Shown: positions 28,819 through 39,998, counted from the stretch's first letter. The stretch: 64,000 nt of DNA from Candidatus Cloacimonadales bacterium (GCA_963678315.1 OY782781.1:160001-224000), one strand, 5' to 3'. The notes: generated by a model not told the origin, from the letters alone. Program-made: numbers and translations.

Positions 28819-30354
28819 TTATTCCCATTCAATAGTTGCAGGTGGCTTAGAGCTTATATCATAGACAACTCTATTAACTCCACGTACTTCATTGATGATA
28901 CGGTTAGAAACTCTTTTCAAGAAGTCATAAGGGAATTCTGTCCAGTCTGCTGTCATTCCATCAGAAGAATTAACAGCGCGTAAAGCACAAACATTTTCAT
29001 AAGTTCTTTCATCTCCCATAACGCCAACTGATTGGATAGGAAGAAGAACAGCAAAAGCTTGCCATGTTGAATTATATAAACCTTTATCTCTCAACTCAGT
29101 AATAAATATATGGTCAATATCTTGGAGAAGTCTTACCTTTTCTGGTGTAATATCAGATATAATTCTCACTGCTAGACCTGGTCCTGGGAAAGGATGTCTA
29201 TCTACAAGGGTTTCACCTAAGCCAAGTTCTCTACCTGCTTCTCTAACTTCATCTTTGAAGAGTTCACGTAATGGTTCTACTAATGAGAGATTCATTTTTT
29301 CAGGAAGACCACCAACATTGTGATGAGATTTTATTGTTGCAGAAGGACCTTTGAAAGAAACTGATTCAATCACATCTGGATATAAGGTACCTTGTGCAAG
29401 GAATTTAGCATTAGGGTATTTCTTAGATTCTTCATCAAAGATTTCGATAAAAGTATTACCAATAATCTTTCTTTTCTTTTCTGGGTCAGAAACACCTTCT
29501 AACCTTTTAAGGAAAATCTCGCCAGCTCTAACAGTAACTAAATTGATACCAAAACCGTCTTTGAAGATTCTCTCAACTTCTTCAACTTCATGCTTTCTAA
29601 GAAGTCCTGTATCAACAAAAATAGGGATAAGATTATCACCAATAGCTTTGTATAAAAGCGCACAGGCTACTGAAGAATCAACACCACCTGATAATCCAAG
29701 AATTACTTGGTTTTCTCCAACTTGTTCTTGAATTTGAGCAATAGCACCATCAATGAATGATTTTGAAGTCCAGTCCTTTTTGAATCCGACCATATCTAAG
29801 AAGTTATTAATCATAAGAGAACCATTCTCTGTATGTACTACTTCAGGGTGGAACTGGAAACAGAATACTGGTTTTTCTTTATGTTTGATTGCACCATATT
29901 CACAGTTATCTGAATAAGCTAATAGGTCATATTCATCAGAAATGTTATGAACTTTATCACCATGACTCATCCATACATTTTCTTCATCCTTCAAACCTTT
30001 GAATATGTTATCGTGATTAACGATTTTAAGCTTTGCATAACCAAATTCTCTTTCATCAGACTTATCTACTTTGTGTCCTGATAAGTGTGCTAGAAGTTGC
30101 ATTCCATAGCATACAGCTAAGAAAGGAATATCTAAATCAAGAATTCTTTTATCTGGAATTGGGGCATCTTCAGCATAAACACTGTATGGACTGCCTGATA
30201 GAATAATAGCTTTAGGGTTTTTAGATAAAACCTCTTCATAGGAAACATTGAACGGCACAATCTCACAATAAACTTTTAGCTTTCTAACCTGTTTAGCAAT
30301 CAACTGGGTGTATTGTGATCCAAAATCTAAAATTAACAGCAACTCGTGATTCAT
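28819..30354 (-). CDS. guaA: GMP synthase (glutamine-hydrolysing)
   Basis: [49 protein letters not shown]. Confidence 0.99.
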   Translation of the reverse strand: MNHELLLILDFGSQYTQLIAKQVRKLKVYCEIVPFNVSYEEVLSKNPKAIILSGSPYSVYAEDAPIPDKRILDLDIPFLAVCYGMQLLAHLSGHKVDKSDEREFGYAKLKIVNHDNIFKGLKDEENVWMSHGDKVHNISDEYDLLAYSDNCEYGAIKHKEKPVFCFQFHPEVVHTENGSLMINNFLDMVGFKKDWTSKSFIDGAIAQIQEQVGENQVILGLSGGVDSSVACALLYKAIGDNLIPIFVDTGLLRKHEVEEVERIFKDGFGINLVTVRAGEIFLKRLEGVSDPEKKRKIIGNTFIEIFDEESKKYPNAKFLAQGTLYPDVIESVSFKGPSATIKSHHNVGGLPEKMNLSLVEPLRELFKDEVREAGRELGLGETLVDRHPFPGPGLAVRIISDITPEKVRLLQDIDHIFITELRDKGLYNSTWQAFAVLLPIQSVGVMGDERTYENVCALRAVNSSDGMTADWTEFPYDFLKRVSNRIINEVRGVNRVVYDISSKPPATIEWE

Positions 30355-30365
30355 CTATATTCTCC

Positions 30366-31004
30366 TTAAATTTTCGAAGCAATGCCCAAGAATGGATTTT
30401 CAACCTTCTCTATCTCAATAGAGGTTTCAGCACCATGACCTGGAATAACTTTAGTTTCATCTGCTAGAACAAAAAGCTTGTTTACAACAGAATTCTTTAA
30501 TGTTTCATAGTTCCCACCAGGGAAATCTGTCCTACCTATACTCAATTGAAATAAAGTATCGCCACTAATCAGCAAACTATCTGTTAAGAAACATACACCA
30601 CCTCTTGTGTGTCCAGGTGTATGAATAACTTTTAATTTAATACTTCCTATAGTGAGAATATCTCCTTCAGTAAGCTTTCTATCTGCTTGTGCCACTACTA
30701 CATCTTGACCCATAAATGCACTTAGATTCTTTTTACTGTCAATTAACATCTCAGCATCTTCAGAGTGAATCAATGTTGTTGCTTTGAGCTTGTTCTTGAA
30801 GAAATCCAAGCCTCCAATATGATCAGCATGTCCATGAGTTAAAGCAATGTACTTTACATTAAGCTTCTTTTCTATGATAAAGTCTAAAATACTTTGGGCA
30901 GGTGCAGAAGGATCAAATAAGATAGCATCTAAAGTATCTTGGTCCCACAATAAAATAGTATTTGTGCCATATTCCGGTAATACATTAAAAATCTGGTATT
31001 TCAT
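30366..31004 (-). CDS. MBL-fold metallo-hydrolase (glyoxalase II/YcbL-like)
   Basis: THGHADHIGG, HTPGHT, SGDTLF..SIGRTD, PGHG. Confidence 0.9.
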   Translation of the reverse strand: MKYQIFNVLPEYGTNTILLWDQDTLDAILFDPSAPAQSILDFIIEKKLNVKYIALTHGHADHIGGLDFFKNKLKATTLIHSEDAEMLIDSKKNLSAFMGQDVVVAQADRKLTEGDILTIGSIKLKVIHTPGHTRGGVCFLTDSLLISGDTLFQLSIGRTDFPGGNYETLKNSVVNKLFVLADETKVIPGHGAETSIEIEKVENPFLGIASKI

Positions 31005-31033
31005 TATCTATTCCTATCTTTTATCTTACATTT

Positions 31034-32035
31034 CTATTTGTTAATCAAGAGCTTTCTGAATTGTTCTTTATCCTGAACCTTAACCATTTTCTTGTTATCA
31101 AGTTGAAACTTCTTGCCATACTCAATTTCAGCCATGTCTGTTTTGACTTTATTGTTGTAACTAAGCACTATGCTTCCAGCAAGCTCAATTATCTCATCAC
31201 TTATATCATCACCAAGAAGCACCCCTAAAGGACCTGTAAACTTACTTGCTCTAATCACTACTTCTTCTTCAAGGTATTTAGTTATGTATTCGTTATCATA
31301 CTTTGTTCTACCTATTATAAGAATCACATCGTCCGACAATCTTGCTCTTCTACCTTGTTTTAAGAATTTAAGGAAGGTTCTATTCAACTGATCATGTTCT
31401 AATAAATCAGTTACTTTTTCAGAGACTTGCTTATCAGTTAGAAGGCATCCACCTGCAGGGGACTCATATTCATTTAATCCTAATTCAGCAGCTAATTCAA
31501 TCTGACGTCTTCTTGTTCTACCTTGAATATCAAGTAGTTCTTCTTTATCAACCCAGCCTTCAGTAATTGGCTTAGTATCTGCAATCAGCTTTTGGCATAA
31601 AGGTCGGATAAGAAGTTCTTTAATTCCACTAAGCTTTGCAACAGCATTCATGGAATCTTTCCTCTGTGACATAGGACGTTGTCCGAGAACTTCCCCACTA
31701 ATAACGAAGTCAGCTCCCACTTCTTTCATTATCTCAGCTGCTTTTCTAAACATCATCCCATGGCAATCTATACATGGATTTTTATATTTTCCGAATCCAT
31801 AGCGAGGTGCTTTCAGCACTTCAATTATATCTTCTGTAATATCAACTATTTTAACTTTTAATCCAGCTGCTTTTGCCCCATATCTTGCCTTACCTGAAGG
31901 ATAAAAAGGACTTTCAAAAAAGACTGGTATTACTTCATAACCTAATTTCTGCATATATAGTACAGCTAAGACGCTGTCTAGTCCTCCAGAGAATAAGGCT
32001 ATAGCTTTATGTTCTTTCTTCATTATTATCTCCAA
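31034..32035 (-). CDS. PP-loop tRNA thiolation-type ATPase (ThiI/MnmA-like, DUF814-associated family)
   Basis: SGGLDS PP-loop, PCIDCH, GEVLGQRPMSQ, PAGGCLLT. Confidence 0.8.
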   Translation of the reverse strand: MEIIMKKEHKAIALFSGGLDSVLAVLYMQKLGYEVIPVFFESPFYPSGKARYGAKAAGLKVKIVDITEDIIEVLKAPRYGFGKYKNPCIDCHGMMFRKAAEIMKEVGADFVISGEVLGQRPMSQRKDSMNAVAKLSGIKELLIRPLCQKLIADTKPITEGWVDKEELLDIQGRTRRRQIELAAELGLNEYESPAGGCLLTDKQVSEKVTDLLEHDQLNRTFLKFLKQGRRARLSDDVILIIGRTKYDNEYITKYLEEEVVIRASKFTGPLGVLLGDDISDEIIELAGSIVLSYNNKVKTDMAEIEYGKKFQLDNKKMVKVQDKEQFRKLLINK

Positions 32036-32210
32036 TATGAATCAACACCAAAAGCAAAAAAATCAATCAATTTGCTATAAACATTAATTCATTTTGAAGA
32101 TTTTTTAACTAGTTTATTTGTCAAGAAGTTATATTCATTTAGCAAGAAGTTATATCCTGTTAAAAAAGGGCAAGAATAGAATTCTTACCCTAATAATCTT
32201 TCAAAATATC

Positions 32211-32861
32211 CTATTTTCCTTTTATAGCCGACAGTAATAAATTTAGATATTGATAATACCACTCTTTATTTGTTTCTTCAGAATAGTCTTCATTGAGCAC
32301 TATCCTCTTACCATATACAACAGCTGAAGCACAGGATCTTAAAGTAAGAACAAACTGCCCAAGAAAATCCTTTATATTCAAGTCTGCTTTAATTGAACCA
32401 TCAGCTTGTCCCTTTTCAAAGGCATCTACTAATAGCTTAGAAGACTTACTATTTAGCTTCATGAACTTTTCTACTAGAGAAGGAGGAAACTTATCGTATT
32501 CAACAGGTCTATAGTCTAGATATTGTTGATGATAAAGTATTTCTGGATTTGCTTTATAGAATTCAAAATATGCTTGTCCAAAGGACTTCACCTCTAGGAA
32601 TCCAGTCTTGCTATGTTTCATATTCTCATAGAGGTAGTTAGTCCTCTTTTCAAAGCCACGGCAATATACTTCTAGATATATTTCGTCTTTGCAAGAAACA
32701 TAAGTATAGAGAGTAGCCTTGGTATAATTAACAGCTTTAGCTAGTTGGTTTAGCGTTACTGTTTCATATCCTTCTTCATAGAATAGTTTTTCTGCAACAT
32801 CAATTATATAGTTTCTTCTTAGTTCAAATTCTCTTTTCTTTCTTTCAGATATTTTAGCCAT
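32211..32861 (-). CDS. TetR/AcrR family transcriptional regulator
   Basis: AEKLFYEEGYETVTLNQLAKAVNYTKATLYTY HTH. Confidence 0.9.
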   Translation of the reverse strand: MAKISERKKREFELRRNYIIDVAEKLFYEEGYETVTLNQLAKAVNYTKATLYTYVSCKDEIYLEVYCRGFEKRTNYLYENMKHSKTGFLEVKSFGQAYFEFYKANPEILYHQQYLDYRPVEYDKFPPSLVEKFMKLNSKSSKLLVDAFEKGQADGSIKADLNIKDFLGQFVLTLRSCASAVVYGKRIVLNEDYSEETNKEWYYQYLNLLLSAIKGK

Positions 32862-32863
32862 TG

Positions 32864-34150
32864 CTACTTTCCTGATACAAGAACATTGCTACATCTAACC
32901 CACGGCAAAATAGCATTGCCCCTGTTTTCTCTTTCTTGAGAAATTGAGACAACATTATTGAGCATTTCGACAATATTACCAGTTATCATTATCTCACTTA
33001 TTGGGTATTTAATCTCACCATCTTCAATGTAATATGAATTCTTTACAATTCCAGAAAAGTCCTTATTCTTATTGGGGTTACCACTTGAAATTCTATTTAC
33101 TAAGATACCTTTTTTAATATCTTTTATCATATCTTGCAAAGTAACTTCGCCTGGATCCATTTCGTAATAGTTTAAGGGAATATTGCTGTGTTCAAAATCT
33201 GTTTTATTAGACACATACTTAGACACATTAAATCTCTTGAGTACTCCATTTTCTATCACCTTTCCATACTCAGTTAGATAATTATCTTGGGATACTAAGT
33301 TTCTTAAAGCTAATTTTGGATTACTTGGAGTTGCTACTAAGGTTATTTTATCTGATAGAATCTTTTCATTTAGTTTATCATAAAAGATAGAGGTTTTTTC
33401 AACTAGATTTAAACCACCTAATTCAGGAGTGAGGCTACAAACTAACATATCTACTGTGTCTGGAGAGAATATTACATCACCTTCAAATTTATCAGTAAAG
33501 ATTCTTTGGTCTATCTGTTCAATAGTCTCTTCATATTGCTTACCCAATCCTTGGAACTCTAACAGGTTATCGGGAAGATCTTTGGTCAATCCGAATTTAT
33601 AATTAAGAGAAGAAGATTTCTCATCTTTCACAGCAGTATAGATTGTCTTTATGCTATAATATCCATTACTCTCAATTATTTTTGAACCTTGGTTGCTAAC
33701 CCCATAATATTCATATCTTGAGAAAACGATACTAGAACTCTCTTTAATTTCAGGGTACTTCTCTTTTTTCTCTTTTAAGAATTTTTCCAATAGTGAATAC
33801 ATTTTATCTTTATCAGCTTCAACAATACCATAATGAGCCTTCAAATGAGTATTTTTAGCCATTGAAAAAGCTGGATCTTCCAGAGAATGTTTTGCTGTCT
33901 CTACTACTTGTTTCACAGCTTCTTCTAAATCTTCTAATCCAGAAATAGTCATTCTTTTATTCGCAGTCTTGTTTTCATGGATAATTCTTATTTCAACTTT
34001 TATTTCATCAACTTCACGTAAAAGTCCTATTTCTTCAAATTCTGTTTGCAATTCCATATTGGTGTATTTATAAGCAGAGACAAAAGCTTTTTCTATACCC
34101 ATTGCTTCAAGCTTCTTTAAGCCTGTTTTAGCTATTAGTTTTATATTCAC
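32864..34150 (-). CDS. PmbA/TldE-family protein
   Basis: IENGVLK, SGNPN...FSG, YYIEDGEIKYPISEIMITGN; lacks HExxxH; coupled to tldD. Confidence 0.85.
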   Translation of the reverse strand: MNIKLIAKTGLKKLEAMGIEKAFVSAYKYTNMELQTEFEEIGLLREVDEIKVEIRIIHENKTANKRMTISGLEDLEEAVKQVVETAKHSLEDPAFSMAKNTHLKAHYGIVEADKDKMYSLLEKFLKEKKEKYPEIKESSSIVFSRYEYYGVSNQGSKIIESNGYYSIKTIYTAVKDEKSSSLNYKFGLTKDLPDNLLEFQGLGKQYEETIEQIDQRIFTDKFEGDVIFSPDTVDMLVCSLTPELGGLNLVEKTSIFYDKLNEKILSDKITLVATPSNPKLALRNLVSQDNYLTEYGKVIENGVLKRFNVSKYVSNKTDFEHSNIPLNYYEMDPGEVTLQDMIKDIKKGILVNRISSGNPNKNKDFSGIVKNSYYIEDGEIKYPISEIMITGNIVEMLNNVVSISQERENRGNAILPWVRCSNVLVSGK

Positions 34151-35520
34151 TATTTACCTCCAATGTTGATTTTACATTTTAAAGCAGGTCCACCATATCC
34201 GACTGGAATTGACTGTTTCTTACCACAATTACCTGCTCCACTAGCATGTAAATCATCAGAAACAGCTGTCACTGTTTTCAATAAATCAACAGCAACACCT
34301 GAAATAGTTGTCTCTTTCAATGCTCTGCCAAGCTTACCATTCTTAATTTCATAACCTCTAACTACTCCAAACATGAACTCGGAAGTAGAGTCTGCTTGTC
34401 CATTACTTGGTTTCATGAAATAATAGCCATTATCTATAGACTTAATCATATCATCAAGCTTAGATTGTCCTGGTTCTATGTATGTATTTCTCATTCTAAT
34501 AATAGGTTCATCGCTATATTGGCTTGCTCTTGCATTACCTGTTGGTTGAACTCCAAACAACTGGGCTGATTCTTTATTATGCATGTAGCTCTTCAGAATA
34601 CCCTTTTCAATAATATTAGCTGTAATTGGTTCAACACCTTCATCATCTACAAATACAGGTCTTGGACACAGCTTACCTTGATATGTATGAGGAACATCTA
34701 CCAAATTTACTAGTTCAGAAGCAACTTGCTTCCCCATCAGATTTCTTACTATCGAACCATTCCTAACTAAATCTGCTTCCGTAGTGTGACCAATTGCTTC
34801 ATGAGCTAGAATGCCAGTTACATCTGACCCAAGAATAACATCATTATAACCTGAATCAGCAAAAACTGCAGTCTTCTTGTTAATCAAATGCTTATATGTA
34901 TCTTCAATATCGGCATAGAATTGTTCCAGATTATCAGCATAATCTTCAAAATTACCTAGCCCACCCAGAACACAATACTCTGTAATCATTTCGTTATCAT
35001 TCTTCATAGTGAAATAGCATCTTAAATATGAACGAGGTATTATTGTATGGAAATATGCCCCATCTGTTGTCGCAACAAGCTTGTCTGTTGATTCCTCCAA
35101 TAACATAACCGTTAAAGAAGCGATATCCTTATATTTTTTGTTAATATAATTGTTCAGTTCTGCTATATATTCTGTCTTCTCTTTAACGCTGAGAATACTT
35201 TTTGTTGTACTTAAATCTTTTTCGAGTACAATTGGCCTTGAAGGTAGAATTAGATTGCTTGTACCACTTCTTGAACTCAAGAATTTTGCATTATCCATCG
35301 CTCTTTGAATTGCTCTCTTTGCTTCTTTCTTACCAAGGGTAGATGTTGAAGAGAAGCCCCACTCTCTTCCACTATAAGCTCTAGCCGAGAAACCTCTGTT
35401 TCTACTACTGTAGTTATTGACAACTCTTCCATTTGACATGACAATAAAGCTATCACTATTATGTTGAAGCCGTAATTCACCATAATTATCTAGATAACTT
35501 AATAGATTCTTCAAATCCAT
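34150..35520 (-). CDS. tldD: TldD metalloprotease
   Basis: LAHEAIGHTTEAD, DDEG, TGNARA, RMRNT, CGKKQ.IPVG.GGP. Confidence 0.92.
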   Translation of the reverse strand: MDLKNLLSYLDNYGELRLQHNSDSFIVMSNGRVVNNYSSRNRGFSARAYSGREWGFSSTSTLGKKEAKRAIQRAMDNAKFLSSRSGTSNLILPSRPIVLEKDLSTTKSILSVKEKTEYIAELNNYINKKYKDIASLTVMLLEESTDKLVATTDGAYFHTIIPRSYLRCYFTMKNDNEMITEYCVLGGLGNFEDYADNLEQFYADIEDTYKHLINKKTAVFADSGYNDVILGSDVTGILAHEAIGHTTEADLVRNGSIVRNLMGKQVASELVNLVDVPHTYQGKLCPRPVFVDDEGVEPITANIIEKGILKSYMHNKESAQLFGVQPTGNARASQYSDEPIIRMRNTYIEPGQSKLDDMIKSIDNGYYFMKPSNGQADSTSEFMFGVVRGYEIKNGKLGRALKETTISGVAVDLLKTVTAVSDDLHASGAGNCGKKQSIPVGYGGPALKCKINIGGK

Positions 35521-35549
35521 GCTATTCCTCCCTAGATATAATAATTTAC

Positions 35550-35564
35550 TATACCAAAGGTATA
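35550..35564. promoter_or_regulatory. Palindromic operator candidate in the tldD-pmbA-tetR promoter
   Basis: TATACC-aaa-GGTATA overlapping the expected -10 region downstream of a minus-strand TTGACA (35580-35585). Confidence 0.5.
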
Positions 35565-35710
35565 TTATCAGATAACAGGTGTCAAGAGATTATTTGTTTT
35601 TCTGATAATAATGTAGTTCAATCTTTCAAGGTTTAGTCCATCCTTTAAAATCTTTGTTCATATTAACCCCTTTCATTAAGACATTACAAACATCGAGTTT
35701 GTAATATCTT

Positions 35711-35867
35711 AAGCGAACCAGGAGTTCGCGTTCCATCCTTCTGTAACTTCATTTCATTAGCACTGATTTTCTGCAATCTTTATCCATAATTTATTACCTC
35801 AGTTAAATTTCATCCTTCCACAAAACTATGTTTCTAGAAGGAGGGTACGCGAACTCCTGGTTCGCTT
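35711..35867. repeat. REP doublet / MITE-like element: 32-bp inverted repeats around a 93-bp spacer
   Basis: aagcgaaccaggagttcgcgttccatccttct (35711-35742) vs agaaggagggtacgcgaactcctggttcgctt (35836-35867), 30/32 match; each arm holds gcgaac-N5-gttcgc. Confidence 0.8.
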
Positions 35868-35931
35868 TAAAAGAGGAAGCTAGATGCTGAACTCTTTTAA
35901 AAGACAACACCTTATGCATATAAACTTATCC

Positions 35932-37107
35932 CTACTTTCCAACCTTCACCACAAAAACCTTTAAATAATTCCCCTCAGGGAATCCTCCCATTACTTTAAA
36001 ATCTTCAGGTAATCGATAGAGCTTTTGAAAGTTATATTCAATATCATTATTCTTCAGTGCTCGAGTAATCATTCTCTTGAAGTTTTGCGATGTTAACTGG
36101 CTATTGTTACTTGAGGCTATTATATAGCCATTTTCATTAACAAGAGGTAGAATACTCTCAATAAGTTCAGTATAATTCTTCAATACTGAGAATGTTCTTT
36201 TCTTACTTCTAGCAAAGCTGGGAGGATCTAGAATAATGATATCAAATTTTAGTTTTTTCCGATTAGCATAGTTGAAATAATTAAACACATCTTCAACAAT
36301 AACATCTTGTTGGTCTACATCAAAATCATTGACCTTTATATTGGATTTAGTCCACTCTAAGCTTCTTTTGGCTAGATCTACACTGGTGGTTTTTTGGGCA
36401 TTACCTGCTAAACAGGCTATTGAAAAAGCACCTGTATATGAAAAAGTGTTTAGTACAGTCTTATTTTCTGAGAACTTTCCAGTGAGAAACTTTCTGACAT
36501 CTCGTTGATCCAAGAATATTCCTACCATATTTCCATCTTCAAAATCAATGTTATATTTCACCCTATTCTCTAAGACATAGAAATCTTCAGGTGTTTTTTC
36601 TCCCCAAACATGATTTGCATAATGCTCCTTACTTTTGAATCTTACCTTTTGATAGATTCCTTTTACATCAAATAGATTTCTGATAATATCAACGATATCA
36701 TCCTTATAGTTGAAGATTCCTATATTATACCAGTTCAGAAGAACAAAGCCTGCATAATAGTCAATTGTTAGCCCCCCAATTCCATCGCCAATAGTATTGA
36801 ACAATCGAAAAGCAGTTGTTGTTTTAGAATTAAAAATCTTTTCCCTATTGTCAAAAGCAATAGCAATCTTCCTCTGTAAGAAATCATAATTCAACTTTTC
36901 TATCCTACTGTATGAATAAACCCAAGCAAGTCCTTTGTTCTGCTTACCGATATAGGCAGTAGCAAGATATCTCCTATTTCTATCAAATAAAAGTGCTGTC
37001 TTCCCTTCATCATCTACACTATATTGATAGTCTACCATGTCACTTGTTATAAGCGGATATCCATCCCTAATCATATCAACGAAACTATTTTTTACTATAA
37101 TGTCCAT
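35932..37107 (-). CDS. RlmI/RlmK-like class I SAM-dependent rRNA methyltransferase
   Basis: GDGIGGLTIDYY, GIFLDQR, VLNTFSYTGAFS, DIIILDPPSFA. Confidence 0.88.
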   Translation of the reverse strand: MDIIVKNSFVDMIRDGYPLITSDMVDYQYSVDDEGKTALLFDRNRRYLATAYIGKQNKGLAWVYSYSRIEKLNYDFLQRKIAIAFDNREKIFNSKTTTAFRLFNTIGDGIGGLTIDYYAGFVLLNWYNIGIFNYKDDIVDIIRNLFDVKGIYQKVRFKSKEHYANHVWGEKTPEDFYVLENRVKYNIDFEDGNMVGIFLDQRDVRKFLTGKFSENKTVLNTFSYTGAFSIACLAGNAQKTTSVDLAKRSLEWTKSNIKVNDFDVDQQDVIVEDVFNYFNYANRKKLKFDIIILDPPSFARSKKRTFSVLKNYTELIESILPLVNENGYIIASSNNSQLTSQNFKRMITRALKNNDIEYNFQKLYRLPEDFKVMGGFPEGNYLKVFVVKVGK

Positions 37108-37371
37108 CTGATTCCTTTATAAAAGTATTTTTTTTACATCATATATTTATAAGCTTAGATGTCAAATTTTTTGATTTTTTCATATTTATAAATGAATACT
37201 TTTAACCAAGATGATGTAAATCTACACAGATTTATAACATATAACCACGAAATGCACTAAAAACACTAAAGTAATTATTAATTCATATTGTCCATGGACA
37301 GTACAGATACGTACAGATTAAAGAATAAAATTATAAGAGCTAAGGAAAAATCTAAAAAGATAAGACCTAAT

Positions 37372-37463
37372 CTTTATGTCGCCCTTTCAGGGCTTTATTT
37401 TATTCATTAATTTACATGGGGTACAAGACCCCATGCTAATATATGTCACCCCTTCAGGGTTTT
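37372..37463. repeat. ~95-bp tripartite REP-like element (family B)
   Basis: tgtcgccctttcagggct ... catgggg-tacaaga-ccccatg ... tgtcaccccttcagggt; second copy at 54945-55039. Confidence 0.78.
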
Positions 37464-37666
37464 AATAAACACCTTATTTTTCAATTAATTTTAATCTAGA
37501 TAAACCCCCTTCGCTCTACAGTCATTCACTCCTAACTGCCTATGTGCCCTTGCCCCACCTGCATAAAAAGACGATTTAATGCAGGAGGCCCAAGAGCATT
37601 GCATGTGATTCACCTAGCAAGTAAGAGAAATTACAGCAAGAGGAACTTAGATTTTAAAACCTCTTT

Positions 37667-37693
37667 TTAGCAGTCGCATCATTTTTTTGCTAA
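37667..37693 (+). promoter_or_regulatory. Degenerate CIRCE (HrcA operator) upstream of htpG
   Basis: TTAGCAGTC-N9-TTTTGCTAA vs consensus TTAGCACTC-N9-GAGTGCTAA, 8 bp before TTGACA at 37702-37707. Confidence 0.6.
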
Positions 37694-37763
37694 AAAATAT
37701 ATTGACAAAGATACTGTGATTATTAGATTGTCTCTAAAAAGATTAGTTATAGGAGAAATTTTT

Positions 37764-39746
37764 ATGGCAAAGAATCTAAACAAAGGTAATCTCTCTATCC
37801 ATACAGAGAACATATTTCCAATTATTAAGAAGTGGCTCTATTCAGAGCATGATATATTTTTTAGAGAATTAATTTCAAATGCTATTGATGCTATGAACAA
37901 GCGTAAAATTGAAGAATCTGGCATCGATACATCAGACTTCTCCGTTGAAATTAAAGTTAATAAGAAGAAGAAAACAATCCAATTTATCGATACAGGTATC
38001 GGTATGACTGCAGAAGAGATTGAAAAGTATATTAACCAAATTGCTTTCTCTGGTGCAGAAGATTTTGTTGAGAAATACAAAGATGTTCAAGCAAATATCA
38101 TTGGACACTTTGGTCTAGGTTTCTACTCTTCATTCATAGTATCAGAGAAAGTAACAATCGACTCTTTATCATATAAAGAAGGATCAACAGCAGCCTTTTG
38201 GTCATGCGAGGGTCAAACTGAATATGAAATGACTGAAGGTAAAAGAAAAAAACCTGGAACAACAATCACTTTACACGTAAATGATGAATCTGACGAATTC
38301 CTAGAAGATTCTAAGGTTCAAGAAATTCTAGAAAAGTACTGTTCTTTCATGTCATTCCCTGTTAAATTCAATGATAAAGTTATCAATGAGAAACCAGCAT
38401 TATGGAATAAGCAACCTAACGAAGTAACAGATGAAGAATACAAAGAATTTTATCGTGATGCTTTCAAGCAATATGATGAACCTTTATTCTGGATTCACTT
38501 AAATGTTGACTATCCATTTAACTTAAAAGGTATTCTTTACTTCCCTAAGTTTAAAAATCAAATTGATGTAAACAAGGGACAAGTTAAGTTGTTCTGTAAT
38601 AATGTATTTGTTGCTGATAATCTAAAAGATCTAATCCCTGAATTCTTGCTTCTACTAAAAGGTGGAATCGATATTCCAGATATTCCTCTTAATGTATCTA
38701 GATCTTTCTTGCAAAGCGACACACAAGTTAGAAAAATTTCTAACTACATTGTAAAAAAAGTTGCTGATCACTTTAAAGCTTCTTTCAAAAATGATAGAGA
38801 ACAATATGCTAATTACTGGAAAGATATATCTGACTTTATCAAGTACGGTTTATTAACAAATGAAGACTTCTACAAAGCTCTTGAAAAACAAATTGTTTAC
38901 AAGACTACAGAAGGTAAATGGGTAACTATTGAAGAATACATAGAAAACAATAAATCAGAAGACAAACAACACAAAATCTATTATGCTCCAAGTGAAAACA
39001 CACAAGTTAGCTATCTAGAGCTTCTCAAACAACAAAATATAGATGTTATTTATGCTGAATCTATGCTTGATTCTCACCTCTTCCAAAAACTTGAGATGGC
39101 AGACAGTAATATCAAGTTCGTACGTGTTGATTCTGAAATCAATGATGATTTGATTGAAGGTGAAGAAGATGCAAAAACTTCTATGATTGTTAAAGAGATT
39201 TTCGATAGAGAAATCAATGGAAGTGTTGAAGCTTCTTTCGGTAAAGATGCTTACAAAAAATATTTAAAAGATTACCCACAAGCAGTTGAACTTCTTACTC
39301 CATACATCACAACTGAAGATGAAAGTACAAAGATTAATGTTTATGACTTACCTATTGATGTAAGAGAAAAACTAGGACAAGATGCAATGAAAGAGATGTT
39401 TGAACATGTTTATACAGAAGTACAAGTTCAAACTAAAGAACTAAAAGCTAAAGAGATTCCAGCTATGATTATCTTTGATGAATTCATGAGAAGATTCCAA
39501 GAAATGAACGCTATGGCAAGTCAAGGTGATATGGATATGCTAAAGAATCATAAGCTAGTTCTAAATACTAAAAACCCAACTATCCAAAAGATTGTTAAAT
39601 TAAAAGAAGATGGACATGATGATAAAGCTAAAACAATGGTTAATTTCGTACATGAATTAGCACTTCTAGAGCAAAAACCATTCTCAGGTGAAGAGCTTAA
39701 GAAGTTTATTGCTGATGCAAATAAGATTGTCCAACTGATTGACTAA
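37764..39746 (+). CDS. htpG: Molecular chaperone HtpG (Hsp90)
   Basis: LYSEHDIFFRELISNAIDA, DTGIGMT, IGHFGLGFYS, DIPLNVSRS; ATG 37764 after AGGAG. Confidence 0.97.
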   Translation: MAKNLNKGNLSIHTENIFPIIKKWLYSEHDIFFRELISNAIDAMNKRKIEESGIDTSDFSVEIKVNKKKKTIQFIDTGIGMTAEEIEKYINQIAFSGAEDFVEKYKDVQANIIGHFGLGFYSSFIVSEKVTIDSLSYKEGSTAAFWSCEGQTEYEMTEGKRKKPGTTITLHVNDESDEFLEDSKVQEILEKYCSFMSFPVKFNDKVINEKPALWNKQPNEVTDEEYKEFYRDAFKQYDEPLFWIHLNVDYPFNLKGILYFPKFKNQIDVNKGQVKLFCNNVFVADNLKDLIPEFLLLLKGGIDIPDIPLNVSRSFLQSDTQVRKISNYIVKKVADHFKASFKNDREQYANYWKDISDFIKYGLLTNEDFYKALEKQIVYKTTEGKWVTIEEYIENNKSEDKQHKIYYAPSENTQVSYLELLKQQNIDVIYAESMLDSHLFQKLEMADSNIKFVRVDSEINDDLIEGEEDAKTSMIVKEIFDREINGSVEASFGKDAYKKYLKDYPQAVELLTPYITTEDESTKINVYDLPIDVREKLGQDAMKEMFEHVYTEVQVQTKELKAKEIPAMIIFDEFMRRFQEMNAMASQGDMDMLKNHKLVLNTKNPTIQKIVKLKEDGHDDKAKTMVNFVHELALLEQKPFSGEELKKFIADANKIVQLID

Positions 39747-39800
39747 GCACATATTCTATCTTCTACGATAGATATGCAAAGGTCATGATAATATAGATTG

Positions 39801-39839
39801 AAGAGAATGTAAGAGAAATCTTGCATTCTCTCTTTTTTT
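39801..39839 (+). terminator. Rho-independent terminator after htpG
   Basis: agagaatgtaaga-gaaa-tcttgcattctct followed by a T-run. Confidence 0.8.
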
Positions 39840-39998
39840 GCATAAAGCCATAAGAATTCTTAGCTCAAAATCAGGATAAAAACCCTTTTTAAATAATATA
39901 TCTCATAAGTTATCAACAATTTAAATCTAAACTTAGTTAAAAAATCTTGACTATACGTGAAAGCCAAATATTATTGAGAAAATTATTATGGAGTTGAT

